From NCBI GenBank assembly GCA_030704615.1, contig CM060732.1, positions 77,252,001-77,316,000 of the forward strand: 64,000 bases of DNA, read 5' to 3'. The notes under the pieces are model-generated. The model saw nothing but the letters and a program-made list of their open reading frames with translations, was not told the origin of the DNA and did not search any database. The translations under genes and the position numbers were made by a program. Below are positions 46,751-58,299 of the stretch, piece by piece (positions within the stretch are counted from its first letter, which is position 1; every line of letters begins with the position of its first letter). The stretch is from Takakia lepidozioides. Lineage: Eukaryota > Plantae > Bryophyta.

Positions 46751-47274
46751 GTTGCAGTTGGAGACAATCTGCCAAAGGGACAAATCTTTGAACAAATTGT
46801 GTAAAACATTGAAAACAAATATCAATATCAAGACATATTTTTTAGCAAGGTGATCATTTTTGGCTCTATTGTAGACAAAGACTCTGCGGAGACATTCAAG
46901 TCAATGGAAAAAATGTAGTCAAAGTACCTACACCATGTCGAGGCGCTGATTGGTGTGTTGTGCTGAGTCATGCTCCCTAGTTCTCTTATGTTGTGCCGAA
47001 GCAAAGCAAGAGAGCCAAGAGAGCCCATTGCCGGTTGAGGCTTGTTTTTATCGAAGGCAATAAAACTAAATGATGAGAAACTAAGTGATGAGCAACGGAA
47101 AAGATATGAACAACCAAACAATGAAAGATTTTGCTTGGGGATGACCCCATCTTTTTTGTGAAAAGTGAAAATTGAACATTGTTCTCAGAATTCGTCGCTA
47201 GCCCTAATTGTTTCTTTTTAGTTGACAACCAAGTTGTAGCCCAGTGATAATGGGCACATACCATGGGTTCAATC

Positions 47275-47816
47275 TGTCAAGTTATTTTACCACTAGTGTG
47301 AAACTAGCTAGGAAATAGCTAGCTTTTACATATTGACATTTGGGATTGGCCCAAGTGTCAATCCAGGGGTCAAGGCAGATTTAGGCCCTGGAGTGGTTAT
47401 CTTCACGGCAAGCGCGGAAGGCTCATCTTTCTCGAGTTGAGCCTCACCGCGCCTAGCTATGGCGCCGTAGTGTGGATTCCCCATGGCGTGGGGTGCACTT
47501 GGCTTGACTTGTATTTGAGTGATGAGGTTATATATGCATGAGTTTATGCTTCAGATTTGTGAGCTCGTGCTTGTATTCTTTCTTTATTTATCACTCGAGA
47601 AAGATGAGCTCGTATCTGTGAGTGCCAGATACGAGTTAGTTGTAGCACTTGTGGTTTTTGCTGGAGAATGAGAAAAACCAAGTTGTTATGCAAGGAGCAC
47701 CGTGGAGCTCTTGGTTGTTAGAAGCGGAGGCGATGTGGGTTACGAGGTGGTAGACCTTGGCATTCGATCTTCAGCTTCAGAGATGAAAGCACCATGCTGC
47801 AGGTAATTCCAGAGCA
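47275..47816 (+). repeat. Truncated second copy of the 5' terminus of the gypsy element
   Basis: Near-identical to 50879-51428 (tgtcaagttattttaccactag...ggtaattccagagca). Confidence 0.92.
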
Positions 47817-48610
47817 ACGACCACACCTACCAGAAATTTGGAGGCGCGCCTCAACCTTGACAATTACCACCTCCTCCAGAAACCAAAATGAAGCTGCAAG
47901 CTGGAATCAACTGGTCAACCAAATTAAGGTGAAAAGATGTCAAAGTACTTCTTTTAAAATATGAAACTGCGAAGAGCTACTCAAACCATTGCTGAGCTAT
48001 ACACTCTTGCCGACGTCAAAACCTCAAATCCCAGAGAAATGTGCACTCCAGCTTTCCACCACTTCACAACTTTGTTCCAAGAAGACATCAAAAGACCCAA
48101 CATACCAAAACGGCCTCTTGGATTGCCTTCACTCTATCTCGCAAAAGCTCATGCCTATAGATTCCATCCCCCTGCAGGCTGCTGAAATTACTGCTCAAAA
48201 GCAGGAGGATGCTCTCAGGCTTATGAGTAACAACAAAACACTCGGGATTGATGGTATGCCGGTAGAATTCTACAAGGCGCTATGGACAGAGTACTTATCC
48301 AAGGATTTTTGTGACATGGCTAACAGCATTAAAGCCTCAGATCGAATGTCTGACTTCATGACTCAAGGGGTTATCACTTTTCAAGAAAGGGGATAGAGCT
48401 TGTATAGGGAACTATAGACCCATCACCCTATTTAATGTTGCCTACAAAATAATTGTGAAAACCCTTGCCCTTCGCATCCAGCCTCTGCTCCCCTCAATGA
48501 TCAGAACTGGGCAGGCTGGATTCATCAAAGGCAGATATATACTCGACAATGTTCTCCTGGCCCAAGAAGCCTCCTTTATGCCACCAATTCAAACCAAGCC
48601 CTGGCCCTTT

Positions 48611-50146
48611 GGGATGAGTGCAGGTTTATAAGGTGGCTCAGTTTGGACATCACACTGCAATTTTTCAGCGAGTGCTCTTCATAATATCTGGAACATTGTG
48701 CAAATAAGTTAATTTTCATCCCAAATGAAATTGAATGTTGCTAGCCATCTACCATATCTACATGTTGGTATGATTATTTTGCAAGTTAGATGATTTTTCA
48801 TGGAACTATGGACTTTTTAGGACTTGCACTCTAGGCTGTCACATTCCTAGTTTGTTCATAATTGGACTCTCAAACACTAACTTGCACTTAGTCATTTTAC
48901 ACATGGACTCCGAATATAGATTACCGTTGAGGAATAAAAGACATTGATGAATTTGTAGACAATTTCATTCATTTGTTAATGTGCTATGGACTTTTATAGG
49001 AACACACTAGACATAGGATGCGAGTTGAATGCGCCGTGTGCCAGCCTGCCGGTACGGTCGCCGGGGCTTGCCGAAGCCCGAGATGCCATTGGTAGGGCCC
49101 GTAGTCAAATCCCCACCCCCGCGCCCCCACGTCGTGCCGTTATTGCCTGTATTATAGTACAAAACATAAAAAATCTGAGGGGCTGCAAAAAAACGACGGG
49201 TAGTTTGGTGGTTGGATGCACTAATCATCATTGCGGGGGTGCCGAGTTCAAACCTCGTCCATGGCGCGATGAAAATTGTATATTTAAGGATCAATACCAT
49301 TAGATTTTTGCATCTCCAAAAAATTTCTAAGTCCCTCAAGTGGATCTCCACTCCCCTGTTCCCACATACATACCGCTCCCCCTTGTGTCCACCGCTCCCC
49401 TGTGTTACTGCTCCCTGTTCTCCTTGCTCCCTTGTGCTATTGCTCCGCCACTTCCCTGTTACCGCTCCCCTATTACTACTCCCGGCTCCCTTTGTGTTAT
49501 TGCTTCCATGTTTTACTGCTTCGCCGTTCCAATAACAAAGGAACGGAGGAGCGAGGAGCAATAACAGGGGAGCGGAGGAGCAAGGATCAGGGGAGCGTCA
49601 GGGCGAGAACAGGGAGCGCCGCAGCAAGAACATGGAGCGTGGGACCCTCGGATGGGCGTGAAGCATACATGAGGGACGCGGGGCCGGGATTTGACCACGG
49701 GCCCACGGGGACCTTCCCCTTAGCTCTTGGGATCGTACCGGCAAGACGTGCGCATTCAACTCCCATCATATGTCTAGTGTAAACCGGATTTTTATATACC
49801 TCCAAATACACCCAATATTTCAAAAGTCTTCAAAATATTTCATATTTGTGTAGAACTCTTCAAGGACAATATAAAAATTGTCATTATCTCCAAGTTCTTA
49901 TAACTAGTCCTATAGAATTGGGGACCCACAAATTAGTTATTTTTCTAAATTATGGAATAATATTTCTTATAAAATATATCTCAAATATTTATGGTGTCAG
50001 ACCTCTTTACTAAAACTGTTAGATATATCATTATCTATTAATGTAAAAATATGTTTGAACAAAAAACAGAATTTTTTTTTTTTGCCTATGGACTTTCATG
50101 GAGGTCGCAGCTGCCGTTTTTGAGCCACCTGATCTTGCACTCACCC
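48611..50146. mobile_element. Non-autonomous TIR element, PIF/Harbinger-like
   Basis: Imperfect TIRs ggg(a)tgagtgca...aggtggctca / tgagccacct...tgcactcaccc with 3-bp TSD TTT; removing the element rejoins the L1 sequence. Confidence 0.8.
49005..49779. mobile_element. CACTA-type non-autonomous element nested in the TIR element
   Basis: ~30-bp TIRs cactagacata.gatg.gagttgaatgcgc, with internal direct and inverted gctcccc..gtta repeats. TSD not conserved. Confidence 0.75.
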
Positions 50147-50686
50147 TTTGGTTCTTGGATTCCGAGAAAGCCTTTGACAAAGTAGACTGGTCTTTTTTTC
50201 TGGCGGTGCTCAAGAAATTAGTAGGATTTCTTGAGGGCTTCTGTCAATGGATGCTCACTCTTTTAAATGGTGCCACCAGCAGAGTCTCAATCAATGCTTC
50301 GGGAAGTCACTCCCTATATAGTTTAGGAGGAATCACGTGCGATAAAAAGGTATTTTCTATGGGGATATTATTATTTTTGTCTCTTTTTTCATCCACCCTA
50401 TAATAATTCAATTTTATAATATGCATAATTATATGACAGTTTGTTTTTTAAAATTTGACTGTAATCATCAAATATTTGACACCCTATAGTATCATGAAAA
50501 TAAAACAAGTTTTTCTTAGAGTGCAAAATATTTTATTGCTCAATGCTACGATGCATCTATCAAATGAATGAGGAAAACTGTTGTATATCTCGAGGGTAGT
50601 GAAAAAATATTCCTCATGTGAGAGAGCGAGGTACCTTACAGCAAGTGAATAAACCAAAGCTTCCAGCAATACAATGAGGTCAACAA

Positions 50687-50878
50687 CTAGCGTAGCAGAA
50701 CTCTAATACTATGCGCATTTTCAAAGCTAGCTTTCCCAAAACAAAGGGTATCCTGGTCAGGCCACTGCAGGTGGTGGTGGTGGGCTCTTTTGATTATGGC
50801 TTTGGTGAATTTGTGCACAATTTTGCTGGCGGTGGAATCAGCCACACCAAACATTTTGTCTATAGTGAGAAAAGAATC
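50687..50878 (-). mobile_element. Harbinger transposase remnant, segment C-terminal to the gypsy insertion
   Basis: DSFLTIDKMFGVADSTASKIV..F..AI......WP matches the Harbinger HTH region. Confidence 0.75.
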
Positions 50879-52719
50879 TGTCAAGTTATTTTACCACTAG
50901 TGTGAAACTAGCTAGGAAATAGCTAGCTTTTACATATTGACATTTGGGATTGGCCCAAGTGTCAATCCAGGGGTCAAGGCAGATTTAGGCCCTGGAGTGG
51001 TTATCTTCACGGCAAGCGCGGGAGGCTCATCTTTCTCGAGTTGAGCCTCACCGCGCCTAGCTATGGCGCCGTAGTGTGGATTCCCCATGGCGTGGGGTGC
51101 ACTTGGCTTGACTTGTATTTGAGTGATGAGGTTATATATGCATGAGTTTATGCTTCAGCTTTGTGAGCTCGCATGAGCTTGTGCTTGTATTCTTCTTCTT
51201 TATCACTCGAGAAAGATCAGCTCGTATCTATGAGTGCTAGATACGAGTTAGTTGTAGCACTTGTGGTTTTTGCTTGAGAATGAGAGAAACCAAGTTGTTA
51301 TGCAAGGAGCACCGTGGAGCTCTTGGTTGTTAGAAGCGGAGGCGATGTGGGTTACGAGGTGGTAGACCTTGGCATTCGATCTTCAGCTTCAGAGATGAAA
51401 GCACCATGCTGCAGGTAATTCCAGAGCACCTTGATGGTTTCAGATTGTGTACATGCATGAGCAAGCACGATTGGGAAGAGGACCAGTCAAGAGCAGGTTA
51501 TAGTGGCTTTGGTGGCAAAGCTGAGAACTGGACTTGGGAATGCGAGCTTTCATTGTGTGAAGGATTGCAAGACCAAGCGAAAGGGCTGATTTGGCTTGGG
51601 GCAAATCAGTGCACTTTGTGGAGTATGGTGAGATTGGGTTTCAATCTCGAGCTTCAGCATTGAGAGGGCTCTTGTCATGGCAAGAGCAGGGCTGGAACAG
51701 CTAAGAGGTGCGGCAAGGCCATGGAATGTGCACCTAGGGTTTCAGAGCTTGGAAGAAGAGCTCTTGCACCACAGAGAAGTGTCTTGTGGCTGGAAATGTA
51801 AGCCTTAGGGTTTCAGGAGCTTGGCAAAGGCTATGGAGTGCTTAGTCTTGTCTAGAGAGCATCAAGGAGCCAAGGAGCCAAGATAGGGGGCTGATATCTC
51901 TTGTGTGAAGAGGTTGCATGTGTGGAGCATGTATTCAGCTCATTGAAGCTTCCATCTTCAAGCTTGGAGGGCAAGCAAGGAAGAGGGAAGGGCTGACTTC
52001 CCTTATGTGAGGGCAATGTATGTGTGGAGCATGCTATCAGCCTGGTGAAGGCTTGCACTTTTAGGTGTGGGAGTGCAAGAAAGGAAGGAAGGGGCTGGTT
52101 TCCCTGTAGGGCATGTAGCATGCTTTCAGCCTGCTGAAGCTTGTATTTCAGGTTTGTGGGTGCAAGAAATGAAGCAAAGGAGCTGATTCTCTTATGGTGA
52201 GAGTGGGGCATGTGTGGAGCATGCCTTCAGCCCATTGAGGCTCTTGTTTTCAAGCCTTAGAGAGCTAGAACGGAAGGTCTAGGGCTGGTTTCCACTTGGA
52301 GTGAAAGAAAACACTTGTAGGGCCTATGTGAGTTGGGGTTTCAACTTCAAGCTTGAAGGGAGCGCAACTCTTGAAGCAACAGGTGTAGAGGGCTGGAATA
52401 GGCTCTAAGACAGATGCTATGGCCAATGAGAGTGCTTGAATGAGTGCTCACAAGGGCTGGGAACCAGCAGGGCTTGGTTGTTTGCCATTGAGTTTAGTGG
52501 CGTGTTTGGGGAGGCTAAGTGAGAAAGAAGGCTTGGTTTGTGGCAACCACCTCATGGCTTAGGGCTACTATGGTGGTGTGTGGGAGCCGAAAGAGCAAGG
52601 ATACCTTGCTGATTTCCTCACAGCCACCATAGCTCGGTGGAAAGAAGCCTAGAGTCCAAGAGACACAAACCCTAGCTTGGCGTGGCTAAACCCCTTGGAG
52701 AAATGGCTAAACTGCCAGA

Positions 52720-53370
52720 GCGGCCATGTGTGGGGCTGTGACCTGTGACGGGCTGTGTGTGTGAATGTGGGGCTCATGTGACGGGCTGCTGTGGGGGGCC
52801 TGTGGGGCTGTGACCTGTGTGGGCTGTGATGGGCTGTGACTGTGACAGGCTGTGCCCTGTGTGTGGGGCTGTGACGGGCTGTGAACAACGGGCTGTGTGT
52901 GACAGGAGGCCCTGTGACGGGCTGTGTGTTGTGGGCCTGTGATGGGCTGTGCTGTGACAGGCTGTGACTGTGAGGTGTGTGTGGGGGGCTGTGACGGAAT
53001 GTGTGTGTGTGACAGGCTGTGACGGGCTGTGAGGAGAAGGCTGTGACGGCTGTGCTGTGAACCTGTGACTGGCCTTTGGGGCTGTGTGTGTGTGAAATGA
53101 CGGGCTGTGAGGGGCTGTGTGTTGTTGTGTGTTGTGTGTGAAACAAAGATGTTGTGACAGGCTGTGTGGCCATGACCTGTTGTGTGTGTGTGTGTGTTGG
53201 GGGGCTGTGAACAGGAACTGTGCCAAAGGCTGTGTGCTGTGTGTTGTGTTGGCCTGTGGGACTGTGACGGCTGTGACCAGTGAGCTGTGTGGGCCTGTGC
53301 TGGTCTGTGGTGGCCCGTGTTGACCTGTGGACGGCCTGTGCTGACTCGTGGAGGCACTGGTGGACTGCCT
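52720..53370. repeat. Degenerate GCTGTGACGG / TG-rich tandem array in the element's 5' non-coding region
   Basis: Many ctgtgacgggctgtg-like units; the overlapping His/Thr/Ser-rich ORFs are artefacts of the repeat. Confidence 0.85.
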
Positions 53371-54109
53371 AAGGACTGGCATGTGGTCTGGAAGGCCGAA
53401 TTTTGAAGCTCGTGGAGGGCGGTTTGAGGAGTATCTTCATGATATTCCCATGGTCATGCAAGTGAGGGAGAGAGGAGAGGCAGAGTGTTGGGATGAGGCA
53501 TGCTGGGGTTAGGCATTGCTTTAGCTTCTCTTCCTCGTAGTTTCCACCCTCTCATTAGGCCAAGACCTTTCCGTAGGTGGAGGCAAGAGTCAGTCCGGGT
53601 TTGGGCTGGGGTGTCCTTGCAGGAGCAACACCGTGGAGTTGTTTTTGGTGTGGGGGAGTTGTCGTCTGATTTCTTGTGTTTGGATCCCCTCCATACCTGC
53701 ATGCTTGACTGTGCGCCATGCTAGTTTTGTGTGGGCGCTTGTTTTTATAGGTGATTGGTCCGGATTTGATCACCGGCCAGTCCTAGAGCATGCTGTCGAT
53801 GGTGAGGCTGGGGTGATGACCAGCCAGACCATCATTGTTTCTCCTGTGGTGAGGTTGGAGGTGATGACCAGCCAACCATAGGAGTGCTTGCGGTGGATGC
53901 AGGTACAGGTGTAGGCTATGTTAGGAACTTAGTATTCCAAACCATAAGCCGCAACAGGTTCTCTACCCGGTTACCTTGTGAGGGGGTTAGGGACATGTTC
54001 ATGACCGGTTGAGTGTCACGGATGGTGCCACTAGTGTGGGGACAGTGCCGGTTCGAGCACTAGCGATCCTAGTGGGTACAAAAGACGAGGTGTGCGATTA
54101 GGCCACCTG

Positions 54110-56600
54110 CACCTCCTGTGTCTTCTACGGAAGGTTCTGATTCGGATTGGAATCAGGAGGACTCATACCGGCGGTGCAAGTTGTTTCAGTTGCCATTGTT
54201 GTGGGACACAAGGAGGAGATGTATGGAGATACCAAGGGGCACGAAAGGTACTCGGGGCGGTGGGCACCCATCGAGTGAGGAATTTATCCAAGAGTTTGAT
54301 AGGTGGTGTGATTTGCAGCAAATGCGCAATTCACAAACTATTTACGCCTTTCATGGCATGGACGGGGCTGTTTCAGCACTTGAGGGGCCGCCTATGGATG
54401 ATTACCATGAGTTCGGAAGGGGGCATGAGGTTGAGATCGAGGAGTGGAGGATGTACTGGTCACCCGACTTTGCTCCATCAATAGGGGCACTAGAGCACGA
54501 GGGCAGATGGCAGTGGCTACACCTGCCGCTGCACCGCAATAAGGTCAAGCAAGTAGCAGTGGGGACTGGTGGTACAGTAGCTACGACATACACCCAAGCC
54601 ACTACCGCACCAGCACTAGACCCGTGCCTGCCTTCAACCTATGTTGTGGAGTTCTTCGAAGAGTTGAGAGGGAACTACCAAGGGGTGTGAGGACAGAGAA
54701 GTGCGGAGCTTGCAAGAGTTCCAACGGAAGCCGACCGAGAGCTTGAGGGAGGCTTTCACTCGCATGAGGCGCTTGATAAATGTAACCCAAAGGGTTACGG
54801 AAGCTCAGGCAGTCCAATTCTGGTATGGGATATGGACAAGGAGCTGAGGAGAAGGGTGCGGGATGCAACTCTCCTACAAGCGGCCCAACCCACCTTAGCA
54901 AATGTGTTTTGCTAGCAGAGCGGATAGAGCTCAACATGGTGGAGGAAGGAAGTGGTCATGGTGGGATTTGCTAAGGAGACACCACGGGTAGTGGTGGTGC
55001 TCCTAGCCAACCACTACTCAACGTGCTCAAGGCAACAAGGGGGCTCAGGTGAAGCTCAGGAAGGGCAGAGAGGACCTCAGATGCAGGGGTCTCTCCCTTC
55101 ATTTGCTGGCCAACAACGGGCGGATGTGGTGTGCTGGACATGTGGAGGACCCCATGTCAAGAAGGATTGTCCAGAGGGAGGCAAAGGGCGGCACATGCAC
55201 AGCCTGCACAGTTACAGTGTGGGCATTGTGGCAAACACGGGCATGGAGAGGCTCAGTGTTTATGGTTTGCATCCTGAGTTGCGCCCAGGCCAGTTCCAAG
55301 GGAACAATGGTGGCCGGGGCGAGGTGGAGCAGCCCAGAGGGGACGAGGGGCCAGCCACGAGGCAAGGGCAAGCTCAACGTGGCCAAGGACGCGGAGGTCA
55401 GGGTGTTGACAAAGGCATGGCCAAACGGCTTCAGCAGCTAGAGCAGAGGCTCGCTTGCCATGGCTACAGCTCAGGTGGTACCGGCTCTAAGGCGGATGGT
55501 CCACCTCCTGCTCCTGAGGGAGGAGATATGGGAGGCATGGGATTCATGTGTGGAGCAGCACTACCACTAGTGCAGGTGGAGTCTGCTGCAGCCGTGACTT
55601 GAGGAGCAGCACGAGTTCCTGAGCCACGAGGTGCAGAGGTGGAGTTGGATCCACAGCGTGGGGAGGCAAGCCGTCAGGCTAGGCTTCCTCAGTCATTCAC
55701 ATTGGCGGAGACAGTGTCGACGCCATCCATGGCACCTAGTTCTCGCCCGACTGTTACCGAGGCGGAGGTTACTATGCCATTGGGGAGAGCTCCAGGTAGC
55801 ACCACTACCTAGTGTTGCCAAGGCTACGGCAGCTAGTGTGCTGCTAGGAGCGGCCACATCTATGTGCCAGGCTCCATTGTTCTCGGCTACCATGATTGCG
55901 ACGCCGGGGGTAAGACCAGCTGAGGTGTTCAGGCTGGCAGCTACACTCTGTGAGAGTGGGGAGGTTACTTCATCTTCTGCGGAGATAGTAGGAGGTGTAG
56001 TGCCGGAGGGATCCTCGGATTTGAGGGTTAGACTGCCACGGCGGCGCCATGGCAAGCTGCAGCTGCCAGGTTGATGGAGCTGCCAGCTAGGCCAGCCATT
56101 GAGCGCGCCATGGTGACACCTGGAGTTGTCATGTTAGACAACCAGGATGGCATTTTCTGTTTGAGTGGACCGGCAGGCAAGAGGTACCGGCCACTGCGGG
56201 TCTTGTTGGACTCGGGAGCTCAGCCATTGATGCTGGGCAGAGCTGCTATTGCAGGCTTGGGCCTCACGGAGGCGGATATGGAGCCTTGTCCTTTCCAGAT
56301 ACAGACGTCTTTGGGAGGATCGGAGCAGGCTCGGGGCATGACACGGCGTGAGTTGGCTATCAGACTACGGCCGGATCACCCTACAGATGGCTCAGTGATG
56401 CGAGCCAAGGCCATTGTGACAGACGCAGTCTCATACGATGTCCTGGTTGGTGGGGCAGTGTTGTACCCCATGGGCTTCACCCTGGATTTTTGGGAGGAGT
56501 CAGCTTCCTATAGGCCTGCATGGCAGTCAGGGGAGGGCCGGCGTGTGCAGCTCCCTGTGACGTTCATAGGAGGAGTTGCGGTTGCCAGCGAGGCAAGATG
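54110..56600 (+). pseudogene. gag (two zinc knuckles) and aspartic protease of the gypsy element
   Basis: CWTCGGPHVKKDC at 55132, CGHCGKHGHGEAQC at 55218, and VLLDSGAQ at ~56200. Confidence 0.85.
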
Positions 56601-56920
56601 CCGACACTAGCAGCATTCACAGCGGCAGTGAGTTGGCCTAGAGAGTTGCTTGAGGGCAATGCTCATTCAGAGGATGTACCACCTCCGGGAGAGCAGGATG
56701 ACATGTATGGTATGGCGGAGTTGCCTACCATGGTTGCTCAGACTCCATTGTGGGGCACGAGCAAGGATTTGCAGCGGGATGCTGATCGACGGGGCAACAA
56801 GCCTGGGTGGAGGCTTTTGTACCGTCAGGAGAGGAGGAGAGTGTGGGGATTGCACCAGGACCACCTCAATTGTCTCCATTGGACACCACACCTATTGTGT
56901 GGCAGTATCCGGATGAAGGC

Positions 56921-57880
56921 ATTTGTCTTCTGGACTTGTTTGGCGGATCATCAGCACCGGATTGGCTGCTGTGTTACAAGCAGGTGTACGAGTTTGGCGT
57001 TACCTGTATGTGGAGAGGGATGAGACTGCTCGATGCGTTTCACTTCGCCATGTTGCTCAGTTGGTGCAACGGTACCCTGAGTTGTTGTCGGTGTCTGCAA
57101 TTCGTGGATATCAACAGGCCTTGCCAGCAGACATTTCGTTGCTGGGGGCGCAGGATTTGGAGCGGTTGGCTTCATTGATCTGGTAGTGGCAGGTTGGCCC
57201 TGCCAAGGGCATTCATCAGCCGGGCATGGCAATGGATTGCGAGACTCGAGGTCGGGTCTGTTTTGGGAGATGGTGCGGGTTTTGCGCCACTTGCAGCTTC
57301 ATCAAGCTGTATCTCCAGCATACATCTTGGAGAATGTGCCACTGATGGGCGATTCTCGGGCCAGGGTGATGGCCAGTGTGCATCAAGTCCGGTCGTGGCT
57401 TGGGTCAGCAGTGTTGCTGGATGCAGCTACAGTGGGGTCACGGGCTCATCGTCCACGGCTATGGTGGACTAACATGATGCCACCCGCACTGCTCAAGCGT
57501 GCATTTGATGGGGTGCAGCGGCCAGCACATCTCACAGTGGATAACATTCTGGACACAGGGAGGCAGTCTCAACGTGTGAGACACGATGACCGTTCGCCTT
57601 TGGCAGTGGTCAACAAGGTGGGTCAACCACGAGCAGCATTACCTACACTGCTCAGCTTCCCAGGATCGCATGCTTTCCGGGATAGTGGACCTGGCCTCCT
57701 GTGGGATGCTCAGTTGCAGCAGTTAGTGGAGCCTAATGCTGACAAGCGTGAGCGGGCAATGGGTTTTACCACTGGTACCACGGCGGTGTCGTCTCTTTCT
57801 GAGGCATCACGTCGTCAAGTGTTGGGGCAAGCAATGGATCTCAATTGCTTGACCTGGATTATCAGCTTGGCTCTAGCTGA
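56921..57880 (+). pseudogene. DNMT3-like C5 cytosine methyltransferase domain inside the gypsy polyprotein (two frameshifts)
   Basis: Motif I LDLFGG/ISTG, II YVERD, IV DLVVAGWPCQGHS, V DSRSGLF, VI ILENV, VIII AHRPRLWWTN, IX-X ERAMGF...RRQVLGQAM. Confidence 0.9.
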
Positions 57881-58299
57881 GCAACGCAGAGTGCGGAATA
57901 CACTTCCCTCAATGGTCTCTCTGCCTACCGAGACGGTACAGGCAGTGAGTGGGGGCGAGCATATGAGGACCACGGGGTGCATGCATCCATGCCACACGTG
58001 GGAGGTGCTCGAGGTTCAGAGGGAGTTGGCAACCAAGGCGGCTGTGATGGATGAGGTTGGGGATTCTTCTCGAGTTGAGGAGGTCCTCAAGGATGAGATG
58101 ATGGGGCAGGATGATGCCTTGTCATTGACTGAGCAGGTAGGGAGTACTGCTCAAGAGGTTGCAGCATAGCAACCACGGGACGCGTCCTCTACCTCTAAGC
58201 CCACTGGACTTAAGGTTGTAGTTACGGAGGACAATTGGGAACCTGACATTGGACCCATGTCACCGGAGGAGAGAGACGACGTATACGGCGGTTCCTGAG

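Larger units (their letters stand above)
47820..50300 (+). mobile_element. L1 LINE ORF2 remnant split by a DNA-transposon insertion
   Basis: NNKTLGIDGMPVEFYKALW, NYRPITLFNVAYKI and QAGFIKGRYILDNV before 48610; resumes at 50147 with FLDSEKAFDKVDW. Confidence 0.85.

Noticed and set aside
47275-51428. The two ~540-bp direct repeats as the LTR pair of one element
   Set aside because: The interior is L1 and DNA-transposon debris with no PBS, PPT or pol, and the second repeat continues into the larger gypsy element.
52649-53382. Three His/Thr/Ser/Pro-rich minus-strand ORFs
   Set aside because: By-products of the TG-rich tandem array.
56921-57880. Host DNMT gene or bacterial contamination
   Set aside because: Intronless, co-oriented and embedded between protease and RT, with the same decay pattern as the rest of the element and plant genes on the same contig.
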